Positions 38,901-48,510 of a stretch of DNA of 64,000 bases are shown one piece after another; within the stretch, counting starts at the first letter, position 1; each line of letters opens with the position of its first letter. Source of the stretch: an uncultured Alphaproteobacteria bacterium (GTDB taxonomy: Bacteria > Pseudomonadota > Alphaproteobacteria > ATCC43930 > CGMCC-115725). Under the pieces are notes generated by a model. The model was not told the origin of the DNA and made no database searches. It was given only the letters and a program-made list of their open reading frames with translations. Made by a program: the position numbers and the translations under genes. The DNA is taken from assembly GCA_963847345.1 (NCBI GenBank), contig CAWJZU010000008.1, positions 3,470-67,469 of the forward strand, in the 5' to 3' direction.

Positions 38901-40475
38901 GACCGCGAAATCCTCGTTGACGGTGCCGATGACCTGGTTTTCCGGTTCAAGGATGACCTGATAGTCCGCCGTGTCCGGTATCGTGCCGCCCGAGGTCAGT
39001 GCCGTGATCCGGGCGCCGCGCCGGCCGCGCAGCATCCCGTTGACCGCGTCGTGATGAAGCAGCGCGCCGCGCCGGCCACGCCGCGTGCTGAACCCTTCCG
39101 CGAGCATCTCGACGATAGCCGCAAAATCCTCGCGCGGCAGGTCGCGATAGGGCCACGCGCGGCGGAACAGCGCGAACAGCGCGTCCTCGCCCCATTCCTG
39201 TGCCGCCACCTCGGCCACAATCTGCTGCGCCATTACGTCAAGCGAGCGCTCCGGTACGGAGAGGCGGTCGAGTTCGCCGCGCGCGACGCTGTCGAGCAAC
39301 GCGGCGCACTCGACCAGTTCGTCGCGCGACAGCGGGAACAGCCGGCCCTTCGGCGTACCACCGACCGCGTGTCCCGAGCGCCCAACGCGCTGCAGGAACG
39401 CCGCGATCGAGCGCGGCGAGCCGAGCTGGCAGACGAGGTCGACATCGCCGATATCGATGCCGAGTTCGAGCGAGGCGGTCGCGACCAGCGCCTTCAGCGC
39501 ACCGCCCTTGAGCCGCTGCTCGGCGTCGAGCCGGCGCTCTTTGGACAGGCTGCCGTGATGCGCCGCGATCTGGTCGGCGCCGAGGCGCTGCGACAGCGCG
39601 CGCGTCGCACGCTCGGCCATGCGGCGGGTGTTGACGAAGATCAGGTTCGTCCGATGCGCCAGCGTCAATTCGGCAATGCGGTCGTAGACCTCTTCCCAGA
39701 CCTCGCCCGACATCACCGCTTCGAGCGGTGAGGACGGCAGTTCGAGCGCGAGATCGCGCGCCCGAATATGCCCGGTGTCGATGATGGCGCATTGCGGTTG
39801 CGGCCCGCCTGGCGGGCCGGCGCCGACCAGAAACCGGGCGATCAGCTCGATCGGCCGCTGCGTCGCCGACAGACCGATGCGCTGCAAGGAACGGCCGCAC
39901 AGCGCATCGAGCCGCTCCAGCGACAGCGCGAGATGCGCGCCGCGCTTGTTCGGCGCGACGGCGTGGATCTCGTCGACAATGACGGTTTTCGCTGGCGACA
40001 GCATGCGGCGGCCCGACTCGGAGCCGAGCAGGATGTAGAGCGATTCCGGCGTCGTCACGAGGATGTGCGGCGGCGCCTTCCGCATGCGGTTGCGCTCGGC
40101 CGAAGGCGTGTCGCCGGTGCGCACCCAGCTGCGGATCTCGATTTCGGGCAGGCCCCGCGCCCGCAATACCTCACCGATGCCCGAGAGCGGCGCCTCGAGG
40201 TTCTTGCGGATGTCGTTCGACAGCGCCTTCAGCGGCGAAACATAAACGACCTGCGTTTCGTCCGGCAGCCCGCTGTCGATAGCCTGTCGGACCAGCCCGT
40301 CGATCGCGGCGAGAAACGCGGCCAGCGTCTTGCCAGAGCCGGTCGGCGCGGCGATCAGCACGTTGCGGCCCTGTTTGATTGCCGGCCAAGCGTCCTGCTG
40401 GGCCGGCGTCGGCGCGCCGAAGCTGCGTGAGAACCAATCGGCGACAGCGGGGTGAAATGATGAGGTCGGTGTCAC
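35913..40475 (-). CDS. lhr: Lhr-family ATP-dependent DEAD/DEAH-box helicase (long form)
   Basis: Motif [15 protein letters not shown], motif [21 protein letters not shown]. About 1520 aa from GTG at 40475. The track ATG at 40529 would add 18 codons with atypical A/T-ending codons that overlap a promoter-like sequence. Confidence 0.88.
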   Translation of the reverse strand: MTPTSSFHPAVADWFSRSFGAPTPAQQDAWPAIKQGRNVLIAAPTGSGKTLAAFLAAIDGLVRQAIDSGLPDETQVVYVSPLKALSNDIRKNLEAPLSGIGEVLRARGLPEIEIRSWVRTGDTPSAERNRMRKAPPHILVTTPESLYILLGSESGRRMLSPAKTVIVDEIHAVAPNKRGAHLALSLERLDALCGRSLQRIGLSATQRPIELIARFLVGAGPPGGPQPQCAIIDTGHIRARDLALELPSSPLEAVMSGEVWEEVYDRIAELTLAHRTNLIFVNTRRMAERATRALSQRLGADQIAAHHGSLSKERRLDAEQRLKGGALKALVATASLELGIDIGDVDLVCQLGSPRSIAAFLQRVGRSGHAVGGTPKGRLFPLSRDELVECAALLDSVARGELDRLSVPERSLDVMAQQIVAEVAAQEWGEDALFALFRRAWPYRDLPREDFAAIVEMLAEGFSTRRGRRGALLHHDAVNGMLRGRRGARITALTSGGTIPDTADYQVILEPENQVIGTVNEDFAVESLAGDVFQLGNAAYRIRRVERGTLRVEDAQGQPPNIPFWLGEAPGRSGELSQAVSRLRSKVEDRLNHAPEQPPPRPFPACAGGGNPSAPEAWTELPPPQAGKGWGGGDAMAWLASRPGIGDAAARQLAEYLAAGHAALGVLPTRETIVFERFFDEAGGMQLVVHSPYGSRLNRAWGLALRKRFCTKFNFELQAAATEDNIVLSLTTAHSFDMAEVGNYLHPATVREVLVQALLDAPMFMTRWRWVAGVALALPRFRGGRKVPPPLARMDAEDLITAIFPDQLACAENLAGPREIPDHPLIRQTIADCLNDVMDIAGLERLLTHIRDGDVAIVARDLTEPSPLAHEVLSARPYAYLDDAPLEERRTQAVMARRWIAPEDAADLGRLDADAIARVREEAWPEAANRDELHDGLAWLGFLTEAEATAGEGWRAWLEELAREKRVTLLTTPALPAKAGINSEAYSSGEVGRGLRRDDTRVWVTAERLPQFLALWPEANLNPTITAPPPHSGRHWSAEEALIEILRGRLEGLGPVSETELAAPLYLPPDAISTALAALQAEGFALRGRFTPGAVAEEWCERRLLARVHRYTLKRLRAEIEPVAARDFLRFLFAWQRVTDDTRMEGPDALAAVLGQLEGFEAPAGAWETEILPARVAGYDPAWLDDQCLAGRIAWARLRPRNNVPASFTLSPTGEEGRVRRTTGAAGPAAGPVRTTPITLLARRNAPLWAALSPVPDPAHASGRARAVADFIRDNGASFFDELVDGTRLLRPQVEEALAELVALGLVSADSFAGLRALLMPSEKRRSRRGRALFGMEDAGRWALARRARPAAPSQRSGHADEAVEHLARTLLRRYGVVFWRLLEREAAWLPPWRDLLRVYRRLEACGEIRGGRFVAGFSGEQFASPDAVGMLRQIRRKEGSGEFVSLSGADPLNLVGILTPGPKLGALTGNRVLYRDGIPVALFTGGEIRFLEDLDEAVQWQARKTLLRGAVPASLAALS
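36826..36850. repeat. REP-like hairpin inside the lhr ORF
   Basis: CCCTCTTCCCC-AGT-GGGGAGAGGG. Encodes ...LSPTGEEGR... in lhr. Confidence 0.55.
37483..37552. repeat. REP/MITE-like palindrome inside the lhr ORF
   Basis: Perfect 15-bp inverted repeat, TCCCGGCGAAGGCCG (37483-37497) and CGGCCTTCGCCGGGA (37538-37552), with a 40-bp loop. Encodes ...[25 protein letters not shown]... Confidence 0.75.
38578..38684. repeat. compound REP palindrome inside the lhr ORF
   Basis: 23-bp arms CCCCCACCCCAACCCTTCCCCGC (38578-38600) and GCGGGGAAGGGTCGGGGTGGGGG (38662-38684) with one mismatch. Each arm carries its own G/C hairpin. Encodes ...[36 protein letters not shown]... Confidence 0.75.
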
Positions 40476-40480
40476 GCGGT

Positions 40481-40510
40481 ATATTAGGAACGATCCAAGA
40501 ACAATATCAA
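40481..40510 (-). promoter_or_regulatory. sigma70-like promoter with an embedded alphaproteobacterial LexA-box-like motif, directly upstream of lhr
   Basis: Minus strand reads TTGATA-TTGTTCTTGGATCGTTCC-TAATAT (-35, 18-nt spacer, -10). The spacer contains GTTC-N7-GTTC (40488-40502). The GTG start follows 5 nt after the -10. Confidence 0.35.
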
Positions 40511-41463
40511 TCCGGCGTGCAATAAGCATCGACGCCGGGCGGCAGCAGCGGTTCGCCCTTCATCTCGTACCACGTCAGGATGTCGCGCCAGACCTGCTCG
40601 GCGGTTTCGGCGTACCAAAACAGGTCGCGGTCCTCCGGGTCGATCGTGCCCTCCTCGACGAGGAAGTCGATATCGAAAACGCCGCGCCAGAACTCCTCGC
40701 CAACCAGGATCACCGGCACCGGCGGCAATTTTCGGGTCTGCGCAAGGGTCAGGATCTCGAACAGCTCGTCCAATGTGCCATAGCCGCCGGGAAACGCGAC
40801 CAGCGCCCGCGCCCGCAGCGCGAGATGCAGCTTGCGCATCGCGAAATAATGGAAGCGGAAGCACAGCTCCGGCGTGACGTACGGGTTCGGATATTCTTCA
40901 CCCGGCAGGGCGATGGTGAGCCCGATCGACTTCGCGCCGACATCGCGGGCACCGCGACTGACTGCTTCCATGATCCCGGGACCGCCGCCGGTCATCGCCA
41001 TGATGCGGCCGCCGATCGCCATGTCGCCGCAATGGCCGATGAGTCGGCCGAATTCCCGCGCGACCTCGTAATACTTGCTCTTGGCCAGGACGCGGTGCGC
41101 GATCTGGAGCCGCTGGCGCAGCCCGTCGTCGTCGGGTCGGTCTTCGAGCGCCCCAGCGGCTGCTTCGACCCCGCGACGGGCCGCTCCCGGTTCGGGAATG
41201 CGGGTGCCGCCGAACACGACGATCGTGTGCGCGACATTCCCTTCGCGAAGCAGCGTCTGCGGTTTCAGGTAATCGAGCATCAGCCGCAGTCCGCGCATAT
41301 CCTCGCGCTGCAGAAAGTCGAGATCCAGGTCGGCCCGGCGATAGCTCGGGCTGTCGAGGATGGCGCGGAGCCGGGCCGGCGCCTGCGGGTCATCCAAGTC
41401 AGGCTTCGGCCGCTCCTGCGGCAGCGGCTCGCGGCGGCCGTCGATCGGGGCGGGCTGTTTCAT
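40507..41463 (-). CDS. LOG-family (TIGR00730, lysine-decarboxylase-like) nucleotide phosphoribohydrolase
   Basis: [14 protein letters not shown] and [21 protein letters not shown] motifs. 318 aa, long form. Confidence 0.85.
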   Translation of the reverse strand: MKQPAPIDGRREPLPQERPKPDLDDPQAPARLRAILDSPSYRRADLDLDFLQREDMRGLRLMLDYLKPQTLLREGNVAHTIVVFGGTRIPEPGAARRGVEAAAGALEDRPDDDGLRQRLQIAHRVLAKSKYYEVAREFGRLIGHCGDMAIGGRIMAMTGGGPGIMEAVSRGARDVGAKSIGLTIALPGEEYPNPYVTPELCFRFHYFAMRKLHLALRARALVAFPGGYGTLDELFEILTLAQTRKLPPVPVILVGEEFWRGVFDIDFLVEEGTIDPEDRDLFWYAETAEQVWRDILTWYEMKGEPLLPPGVDAYCTPD

Positions 41464-41568
41464 CCGGTTACGTCACTTATCTCGTCAGGCACGCAGTACG
41501 AGAAGAACACGCCCGAGGCCACGCGATTCCCACCCGAAGGCGGACGGGGGCGGTCCTCACGCATCCGG

Positions 41569-44376
41569 CTATTCGGCGGCTACGGCGTCGCGCTTGCGCC
41601 GGTTCGGGACCGCAGGGGCGGGCGCGGCAACGTTTCCCTTGGCCAGGACGGCCTCCAAGGTCGTGCGGATCTCGGCCAGTTTCTGCGGGTGCTCGACCTT
41701 ATGACCGAACAGGTTCTTGACATAGAAGACATCGACGACTTTTTCGCCGTATGTCGAGATCTTCGCGCTCGACACCTGCAGCGACAGCCGGGTCAATTCG
41801 CGGGTCAGCTCCCACAACAGACCGGGCCGGTCGCGTCCGTTGACCTCGATCACGGTGTGCGAGGCGCTGGCGCAATTATCGACAAGAACGCGCGGCGGCA
41901 CCGTGAAGACGTGCGTGCGGCTCGGAAACGCGGGCGGTTTTTCAAGCGCGATGTGCGGCTTCAGTTCGCCGGTCAGCACATTCTCGAAAACAAAAGCCAG
42001 CTTCGCGAGCTTGTCCGGGCGGTCAAAGGGCGTGTTGTCCTGGTCCTGCACCCAGAGCGTGTCGAGCGCCATCCCGTTGGACATCGTCATGATTCGGGCA
42101 TCGACAATATTGGCTCCGGCGACGGCCAGCGCTCCGGCGATCCGCGAGAACAGCCCCGGGTGGTCGGCGGTATAAAGCGTGATCTCAGTGACCGCGCGCG
42201 CCGTATCGACCCGCTTCTGGACCGTCAATGGCGCGCCGCTCGCGTCGGCCTCGCGCATCAGCCGGGCGTGCCTTGCGTGCGTTTCGGCGTCGAGCGAGAG
42301 CCAATAAAACGGGTAACCGCGGCCGGCAAAGATGGTAAAGTCTTCGTCGCCGAACTCGGGCAGCAGGGCGCGCGCCGCCGCCTGCGCTTCGGCGATCCGG
42401 GTGTCGCGCGGCTCCGCAGCAAGACCGCCGGTCATGACATCCAGGGCGCTGTAGTACAGCTCGCGCAATAGCGCAGCCTTCCAGCCGTTCCAGACCTTCG
42501 GCCCGACCGCGCGGATGTCGGCGACGGTCAGCACAAGAAGCAGCTTGAGACGTTCTGGCGACTGCACGCGCTCGACGAAGTTCTGGATCGTCCGCGGGTC
42601 GCCGATGTCGCGCTTGAACGCGGTGTTGCTCATCAGCAGGTGCCAGCGCACGAGCCACGCGACGGTCTCGGTCTCCTCGTCGCTCAAGCCCAGACGCGGC
42701 CCGAGCTTCAGCGCGATCTTCTCGCCGATCACGGAATGATCGCCGCCGCGCCCCTTGGCGATGTCGTGCAGCAAGGTCGCGACATAGAGCGCGCGACGCG
42801 AGACGACGGTCGGCATGATCGCGCTGGCGACCGGCAGCTCGTCCTTCAGCTTGCCGGTCTCGATCTGGTGCAGAATGCCGATCGCGAACAGCGTGTGCTC
42901 GTCGACCGTGTACACGTGGTACATGTCATATTGCATCTGCGCGACGACCCGGCCGAAATCGGGTACGAACTTGCCGAAAACGCCGGCCTCGTTCATCCGA
43001 CGCAGCGCGATTTCCGGGTTGTTCGTCGCGGTCAGGATTTCGAGGAACAGGCGGTTGGCTTCCGGGTCATGGCGCAGTTTCGCGTCAATGAGGCGCAGCG
43101 ATTGCGTCATGGCGCGCAGCGCGCGCGGATGGATGTCGAGATCGTGCTGCTGCGCGACATGGAACAGCCGGATCAGGGCGACCGGATCGGTCTTGAAGAA
43201 ATCCTCGGACGGGATCGTCAGCCGCTCGCCTTCGAGCGTAAAGCCGCCGCCGAGCGAGCGCCGGCGCCACAAATCCTGCGGGCCCCAGCGCAGCCACGGG
43301 ACGCGGCGCTTGCGCGTCTGCTCGGTTTCAAGCACCGCGCAAAAGATTCGCGTCAGATCGCCGACATCCTTTGCGACCAGAAAATAGTGTTTCATGAAAC
43401 GTTCGACGCCGCGCACCGCGGGCCGGTCGGCGTAGCCCATGCGGGCGCCGATCTCGCGCTGCATATCGAAAGTCAGCCGCTCCTCGGCGTGACCGGCGAG
43501 GTAGTGCAGGTGACAGCGCACGGTCCACAGAAAGCTCTGAGCCCGCTGGAAGCGCGCCGATTCCCGGGGCGAGAGCACGCCGAGTTCGACCAGCTTGCCG
43601 ACATCGTCAATGCGGTAGATGTATTTCGCGATCCAGAATAGCGTGTGCAGATCGCGCAGGCCGCCTTTGCCTTCCTTTATGTTGGGCTCAAGCTGGTAAC
43701 GGCTGTCGCCGACCCTGACATGGCGCGCGTCGCGTTCGGCGAGCTTGGCTTCGACAAACTGCGCTGCGGTGCCGCGCTGAATCTGGTTCTCGAAGGCCTG
43801 CTTCAGCTCGCCGAAAAGCGCCTGCTCGCCCCAGAGATAGCGCGCTTCCAACAGCGCCGTGCGGACTGTCAGATCGTCCCTGGCATAGCGCAGGCATTCC
43901 GCCACGGAGCGCGTCGCCTGCCCGACCTTCAGACCGAGATCCCAAAGAATATAGAGCAGAAACTCGATGACCTGTTCGTTATGCGGCGTGCGCTTGTACG
44001 GCAGCAGGAACAACAGATCGATGTCCGAATACGGCGCCAGCTCGCCGCGACCATAGCCGCCAACCGCGGCAATCGCCATCTTCTCGCCCTCGGTCGGATT
44101 GGCGAGCGGGTACACGGACTCGATTGCAAGGTCGTAGATCACGCGGATCAGCTGATCGATCAGAAAACTCTGCTCGGCGACGGCTCGCGCGGCCGGGCCG
44201 CCTGCCTCGAAGCGGCGGCGGATCTCGTCGCGTCCGCGGTCGAGCGCCGTCCTGAGGGGCGGCAGCAGCACGGCGCGGTCGGTCGCCGGCGCGCGCGCCT
44301 CGGCAACAACACCCGCCAGCTCGTCAGCGAGCGCCCGCCGGTCGATGATCTCGCGCTGCCGCAGGATAGATGCCAT
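41569..44376 (-). CDS. glnD: [protein-PII] uridylyltransferase / uridylyl-removing enzyme GlnD
   Basis: 935 aa. Nucleotidyltransferase domain (GGYGRGELAPYSDIDLLFL), HD domain (LLHDIAKG), two C-terminal ACT domains. Confidence 0.95.
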   Translation of the reverse strand: MASILRQREIIDRRALADELAGVVAEARAPATDRAVLLPPLRTALDRGRDEIRRRFEAGGPAARAVAEQSFLIDQLIRVIYDLAIESVYPLANPTEGEKMAIAAVGGYGRGELAPYSDIDLLFLLPYKRTPHNEQVIEFLLYILWDLGLKVGQATRSVAECLRYARDDLTVRTALLEARYLWGEQALFGELKQAFENQIQRGTAAQFVEAKLAERDARHVRVGDSRYQLEPNIKEGKGGLRDLHTLFWIAKYIYRIDDVGKLVELGVLSPRESARFQRAQSFLWTVRCHLHYLAGHAEERLTFDMQREIGARMGYADRPAVRGVERFMKHYFLVAKDVGDLTRIFCAVLETEQTRKRRVPWLRWGPQDLWRRRSLGGGFTLEGERLTIPSEDFFKTDPVALIRLFHVAQQHDLDIHPRALRAMTQSLRLIDAKLRHDPEANRLFLEILTATNNPEIALRRMNEAGVFGKFVPDFGRVVAQMQYDMYHVYTVDEHTLFAIGILHQIETGKLKDELPVASAIMPTVVSRRALYVATLLHDIAKGRGGDHSVIGEKIALKLGPRLGLSDEETETVAWLVRWHLLMSNTAFKRDIGDPRTIQNFVERVQSPERLKLLLVLTVADIRAVGPKVWNGWKAALLRELYYSALDVMTGGLAAEPRDTRIAEAQAAARALLPEFGDEDFTIFAGRGYPFYWLSLDAETHARHARLMREADASGAPLTVQKRVDTARAVTEITLYTADHPGLFSRIAGALAVAGANIVDARIMTMSNGMALDTLWVQDQDNTPFDRPDKLAKLAFVFENVLTGELKPHIALEKPPAFPSRTHVFTVPPRVLVDNCASASHTVIEVNGRDRPGLLWELTRELTRLSLQVSSAKISTYGEKVVDVFYVKNLFGHKVEHPQKLAEIRTTLEAVLAKGNVAAPAPAVPNRRKRDAVAAE

Positions 44377-44391
44377 GGCACTGTCACCGTC

Positions 44392-44474
44392 GTAGGGCGG
44401 GTGGAGCGAAGCGCAACCCGCCGAGCCTTTTATGCGGATATTTGGCGGGTTTCGCTACGCTCCACCCGCCCTAC
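44392..44474. repeat. REP palindrome in the glnD 5' region
   Basis: 31-bp arms GTAGGGCGGGTGGAGCGAAGCGCAACCCGCC (44392-44422) and GGCGGGTTTCGCTACGCTCCACCCGCCCTAC (44444-44474) with 2 mismatches and a 21-bp loop. Begins 16 nt upstream of the glnD ATG. Confidence 0.75.
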
Positions 44475-44840
44475 ACGTTGCTGTGATCCGAGAGCGCGTG
44501 GCCTGTCGATGAGGCTCAACGTCAATCGCGACGTTGGATGCGTCATCGAAATCGCTCGACCGCGCTATCCGTAGGAAAATAAAACTCCTGCCACACTCTA
44601 TATTGTTCAGCTCGGGCACATTTCACGATCCACGTTCCAAACGCGTCACCAATATCCAATATTCGCTCGCAGGGCTGACGGTTTAACTGCAAGACGAGCC
44701 CGAGTGTTCACCGTATTTCGCTGTTAAATCATGCTTCGACTCTCTTCTATCTTCTCTGGGTTTCTCCGACAACAACGAGAAACACGAGCAATTCAAAACG
44801 CACGCTATGACAACTAGACATCCTTAAAACATGTTCGGAC

Positions 44841-45596
44841 TTATAAATGCCGGCCGGCATCGACGGCGATGATCGAACCGGTGGTATGCGTCAGATGGGT
44901 AACGCAGGAGAGAACCGCCAGCGCCACGTCCTCGGCCTCGATCGCGCGCTTCAGTGGCGTCGCCAGCGCTGCCTTGGCCATCATCTCCTCGGTGCGGCCG
45001 GGCACGAACCCGGTATGCACCATACCGGGCGCGACCACGACAACACGGATCTCGGGGCCGAGCACCCGCGCCAGGGCCATGCTCATCGTGTTGAGCGCCG
45101 CCTTCGAGGCGCCATAGATGATCGAGCTGCCGGTGCCGTGCTCCGCCGCCCCCGACGAGATGTTGACGATAACGCCGTCGCCGGATTCCTTGAGCAGCGG
45201 CGCGAAGGCGCGGATTGTCGCGAACGGTCCCCGGACGTTGGCCGTCAGCACCTGATCGATCAGATCGTCGTCGAGCGCTTCGAGATCGTGGTGCGGCACC
45301 ATACGGGTGAACCCGGCGGAATTGACCAGGATGTCGGCGCGGCCGTATTCCTCGCGCACCGCGGCCGCGACCTGGCGGACGCGCGCGGTGTCCTCGAGCG
45401 GCAGGTGCATCGCCTTGTGGCCGGAGCCGGCAAGCTCGCGCACGACCGCCTCGGCGCGCTCGACCCCCTTGTTGTACCCGACGACCACCCTCGCGCCCGA
45501 TGCGGCGAAGAGGCGGGCGCTGGCGGCGCCGATGCCGCTGCTCGCGCCGGTGACGACCGCCACCTTGCCGCGGAGGTCCTTGCCGATCTGCGCCAT
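44841..45596 (-). CDS. SDR-family short-chain dehydrogenase/reductase
   Basis: TGASSGIG cofactor motif, NSAG, catalytic YGASK. Confidence 0.9.
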   Translation of the reverse strand: MAQIGKDLRGKVAVVTGASSGIGAASARLFAASGARVVVGYNKGVERAEAVVRELAGSGHKAMHLPLEDTARVRQVAAAVREEYGRADILVNSAGFTRMVPHHDLEALDDDLIDQVLTANVRGPFATIRAFAPLLKESGDGVIVNISSGAAEHGTGSSIIYGASKAALNTMSMALARVLGPEIRVVVVAPGMVHTGFVPGRTEEMMAKAALATPLKRAIEAEDVALAVLSCVTHLTHTTGSIIAVDAGRHL

Positions 45597-45664
45597 AACA
45601 CGATGCTCCCGGTGTCGTTTGTCACGGCGCCGATCCTAGACCCGGGGCGCATGCCGACGGAGCA

Positions 45665-46870
45665 CTATTTGCGCGGGATCGCGATCCCGGTGAGTTGCCG
45701 CCGCCGCCGCTGCGATGTTGAGGTGCGCCGCCTTGCCAGCACGCGTGGTATGGACCATCGCTGCACTTTCGGAGCGGGGGCCGCGCTTCCGATATCGTGA
45801 ATCGGGTGGGTGGTTGATGTCGAACGGGGTTCGCCGAGGCACTCGGCGATGAACCGGTCGAGACAGTCGAACCAATAATCGCGGACCGCATCGCGTTCTA
45901 GAAACGGGTCGTGCTTCGACCCAGCCAACTCGACGAGGCGGCAGTTCGGCAGCAGCATGGCGGCCCGACGCTGCGCCGCGCTGGACACGACCAGCTCGTG
46001 CTCCGGCTGGCCGATCAGGATCGGGATGCGGATCACGGCGAGAAATTCCGGCTTCGAGATGCGCGCGACGAGCGCCAGCGCGCTGTCCACCCAGCCATAG
46101 GTCGCCTGGTCCAGCCGCAGCTCCGGATCGGCGGAGAACCATGCGTGACGCAGCCGGCAGCGCTCGGCGTCGGTTGTGACCCGGCTGGTTTGCGGGGTCG
46201 GGACGTTGTCGGGGCGCCATTCCCGCGCGCCTGGGATGAAGCGATGACCGAGCCCGGCGGCGCGCGCCGGCACCGTCAAAACGCGCACCAGGCTCGGCGG
46301 CAGACGTCCGATGCGCAGCCCCACCATCGGTGAGGACAAGGCTGCCCCGGCGAACAGTTCGGGATAGCGGCGCAGGCAGACCAGCGCGATCGCCCCGCCC
46401 ATCGAATGCGCCACCACGAAACGCGGCAAATCCGGCGGCAGCTGCGCCTGGGCGAACTCGGCGAGGTCCTCGGCGTCGCGGCTGAAATTGCGGGCGCGCG
46501 GCCGGGTCGGGAACCGCGACGGCCGTATCGACCGGCCCTGGCCGCGCCAATCCAGACACCATACGGCGATGCCGCGCGCCGCCAGATCGCGCATCGTTTC
46601 GAAATGCTTCTCGATGAACTCGCCGAAGCCGACCGCGATGACGCAGGCGGCTCGCACCTCTGGGACCGTCCCCGGGACGGGTAAATGCCCCCAACGCAGC
46701 ACGGCGCCGTCGCTCGCCGTAAAGCTGCCCCAGACAAATTCGCGCGGCGGTAAAAATCGCTCGGCCAAAGCCGGGCAGCGCGCCGGGTCCCCGAGATAGG
46801 CATCGAGCGCCACGGCGGGCAACAGATCGTCTGACACGCTGACGGTGGCTCCCTGGGTCGTCCGGAGCAT
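45665..46870 (-). CDS. alpha/beta hydrolase (lysophospholipase-like); 3' end uncertain
   Basis: Nucleophile elbow AHSMGG; HG oxyanion region. The last ~50 codons are Arg-rich and look non-native, suggesting a lost stop or a late frameshift. Confidence 0.75.
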   Translation of the reverse strand: MLRTTQGATVSVSDDLLPAVALDAYLGDPARCPALAERFLPPREFVWGSFTASDGAVLRWGHLPVPGTVPEVRAACVIAVGFGEFIEKHFETMRDLAARGIAVWCLDWRGQGRSIRPSRFPTRPRARNFSRDAEDLAEFAQAQLPPDLPRFVVAHSMGGAIALVCLRRYPELFAGAALSSPMVGLRIGRLPPSLVRVLTVPARAAGLGHRFIPGAREWRPDNVPTPQTSRVTTDAERCRLRHAWFSADPELRLDQATYGWVDSALALVARISKPEFLAVIRIPILIGQPEHELVVSSAAQRRAAMLLPNCRLVELAGSKHDPFLERDAVRDYWFDCLDRFIAECLGEPRSTSTTHPIHDIGSAAPAPKVQRWSIPRVLARRRTSTSQRRRRQLTGIAIPRK

Positions 46871-47083
46871 TGTTCCTGGAGTCGCACGCGACCCCTGGCG
46901 AGGTCAACCTGCTGATTGATAGCGCCAAAAAATGGCGGAGATTTGGCGGCGCGCACGCAGACCGGCAATTCGCCCGGAGGATGTGGCAACCCGGGGTTCG
47001 GCCGGTGCCCGGCAGGGCGCATTTCTGCCCGAGGAAAAGTCCCGCGCCCTGCAACATTACGCCACTTGTGGTTTCCTTACCTG

Positions 47084-47113
47084 TTGCGCAGCCCGCCCTT
47101 ATTGGTTTATACT
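47084..47113 (+). promoter_or_regulatory. sigma70-like promoter candidate for the two-gene islet
   Basis: TTGCGC-N18-TATACT, 29 nt upstream of the ATG at 47142. GGGGGA RBS-like run 7 nt before the start. Confidence 0.3.
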
Positions 47114-47141
47114 ATACAACTAAAGATAGCGGGGGACGCTG

Positions 47142-48455
47142 ATGTTTTTTCGCATCGCGGCGGCAGGCCTCTTGGCTGCTACAACCGTTGGTTGCGGACA
47201 ATACGGGGTGTCCGGTCCGGACGATCTCGGGCTTATTCAACACTTAAACCCCGCAACCCTGCCGGTCAGCCTCGACGTGCAAGCGCCGTCCGCGGAGGTT
47301 CAGCGGAACCAGGTGCTCAGCAAATGGATCGCTCGCAGCGACTATCTGTGCAATAATTATCAATTGAGGATATCGCGGTCAATTCGCGATGCGCGGCTGG
47401 GGACGGACGCCGTGGCCACGGTGCTGAGCGGGCTAGCGACGATACTCGCGCCGGTGCAGACCAAAACCGCCCTGGCGGGCGCTGCGACGATGACGCTGGG
47501 TATTGGGAGCGACTTCCAATCCGACCTGTTCGCGCAGCAGGCGGGTGAGGTCGTAACGGCTGCGATTCATAGCGTTCGGAGCCGCGCACGCGATGCGCTG
47601 CAGGCAAAAATGCAGGCACCTTACGTTAGCTACACCTTGGAACAGGGTCTCGTTGACGTCCAACGATACGATCAGGAAACCTGCAACCTAAATGTCGGTT
47701 TGAATGAGCTTCGCGCGTCGCTCATTACCGGCCCGGCAAAGGAGCGCCCCAACGATCCGATTTTGCCATTGCCGCCAACCGCACTAGTCCCACCGTTACC
47801 CCCGGTCCTTGCTCCACCTCCTCCTAATATAAGCCTTCAACGTGAGATACCTAAGGCGGAGCCACGCCCGCGTCAAACAAGGGAAAGGGTGGAGCCAAGT
47901 CGATTTACCCAGACGCCGGTAGGACAAAATTACGCCAGGTTCATCGAAGGTCCGGTCATGTTCCTCAATGAGAAGGATTTGAATGGCGTCTTCGCGGCAC
48001 TTTGCGTTTCTCAGGAAGAGATCAATGACGTGGACCCTGCACCGACGACCGCGCGTATTCGTGCATTTCAGGACTGGAACCGCCGAGTTGCTCGTGACCC
48101 TATTCCCTCTGCCACCGGCCGATTGACGCCCGACGAAATTGTCAAGTTGGCTGGCATGCCATCATGCAATAAGAAGCGGTACGAAAATATTTACGAAGTC
48201 AACTTTCGCCCCGGAAAAGATATCAATTCGCCTATCTTGATAGACAAGATGCTGAAAGTCGTTCCACTTGAAGCAGGCAAAAAGTCGCCGACCTCCACGA
48301 GCGAGTTGAGGGAGCGAATTCCGGCAGTTCGTGCTGCCTTGGCCGGTAAGTTAGTGCTCAACGATTCCTCTCTCTCTAATCAGCTTACCAACGATCTCGT
48401 CAATGTATTATTTGGAGTCCCTAACGACATTCCGGCTGCGGGGAGTCCCAACTAG
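47142..48455 (+). CDS. lipoprotein-like exported protein of unknown function with Pro-rich linker and peptidoglycan-binding-like C-terminal half
   Basis: MFFRIAAAGLLAATTVGC leader (relaxed lipobox). PILPLPPTALVPPLPPVLAPPPPN linker. IRAFQDWN...ATGRLTPDEIVKL resembles a PG_binding_1 half-motif. AT-richer codon usage than its neighbours. Confidence 0.7.
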   Translation: MFFRIAAAGLLAATTVGCGQYGVSGPDDLGLIQHLNPATLPVSLDVQAPSAEVQRNQVLSKWIARSDYLCNNYQLRISRSIRDARLGTDAVATVLSGLATILAPVQTKTALAGAATMTLGIGSDFQSDLFAQQAGEVVTAAIHSVRSRARDALQAKMQAPYVSYTLEQGLVDVQRYDQETCNLNVGLNELRASLITGPAKERPNDPILPLPPTALVPPLPPVLAPPPPNISLQREIPKAEPRPRQTRERVEPSRFTQTPVGQNYARFIEGPVMFLNEKDLNGVFAALCVSQEEINDVDPAPTTARIRAFQDWNRRVARDPIPSATGRLTPDEIVKLAGMPSCNKKRYENIYEVNFRPGKDINSPILIDKMLKVVPLEAGKKSPTSTSELRERIPAVRAALAGKLVLNDSSLSNQLTNDLVNVLFGVPNDIPAAGSPN

Positions 48456-48510
48456 TGCTCGAGAGCGACAATGAACCCTGCAGGTATTCAAGAGAAGCGA
48501 GGCCCTAACA

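Noticed and set aside
37149-39731. 860-aa plus-strand ORF
   Set aside because: It is antisense to lhr, which carries clear helicase motifs. The translation is Arg/Ala-rich nonsense.
40476-40529. ATG at 40529 as the lhr start, overlapping the LOG gene by 23 nt
   Set aside because: The 18 extra codons are dominated by A/T-ending codons that are atypical for this genome, and they coincide with a -35/-10/SOS-box-like sequence. GTG at 40475 is preferred, but this remains unproven.
36826-44474. Palindromic repeats as a possible CRISPR array
   Set aside because: The copies belong to different sequence families, are scattered kilobases apart, are themselves inverted repeats, and are not separated by regular-length unique spacers. 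They are REP/MITE-type elements.
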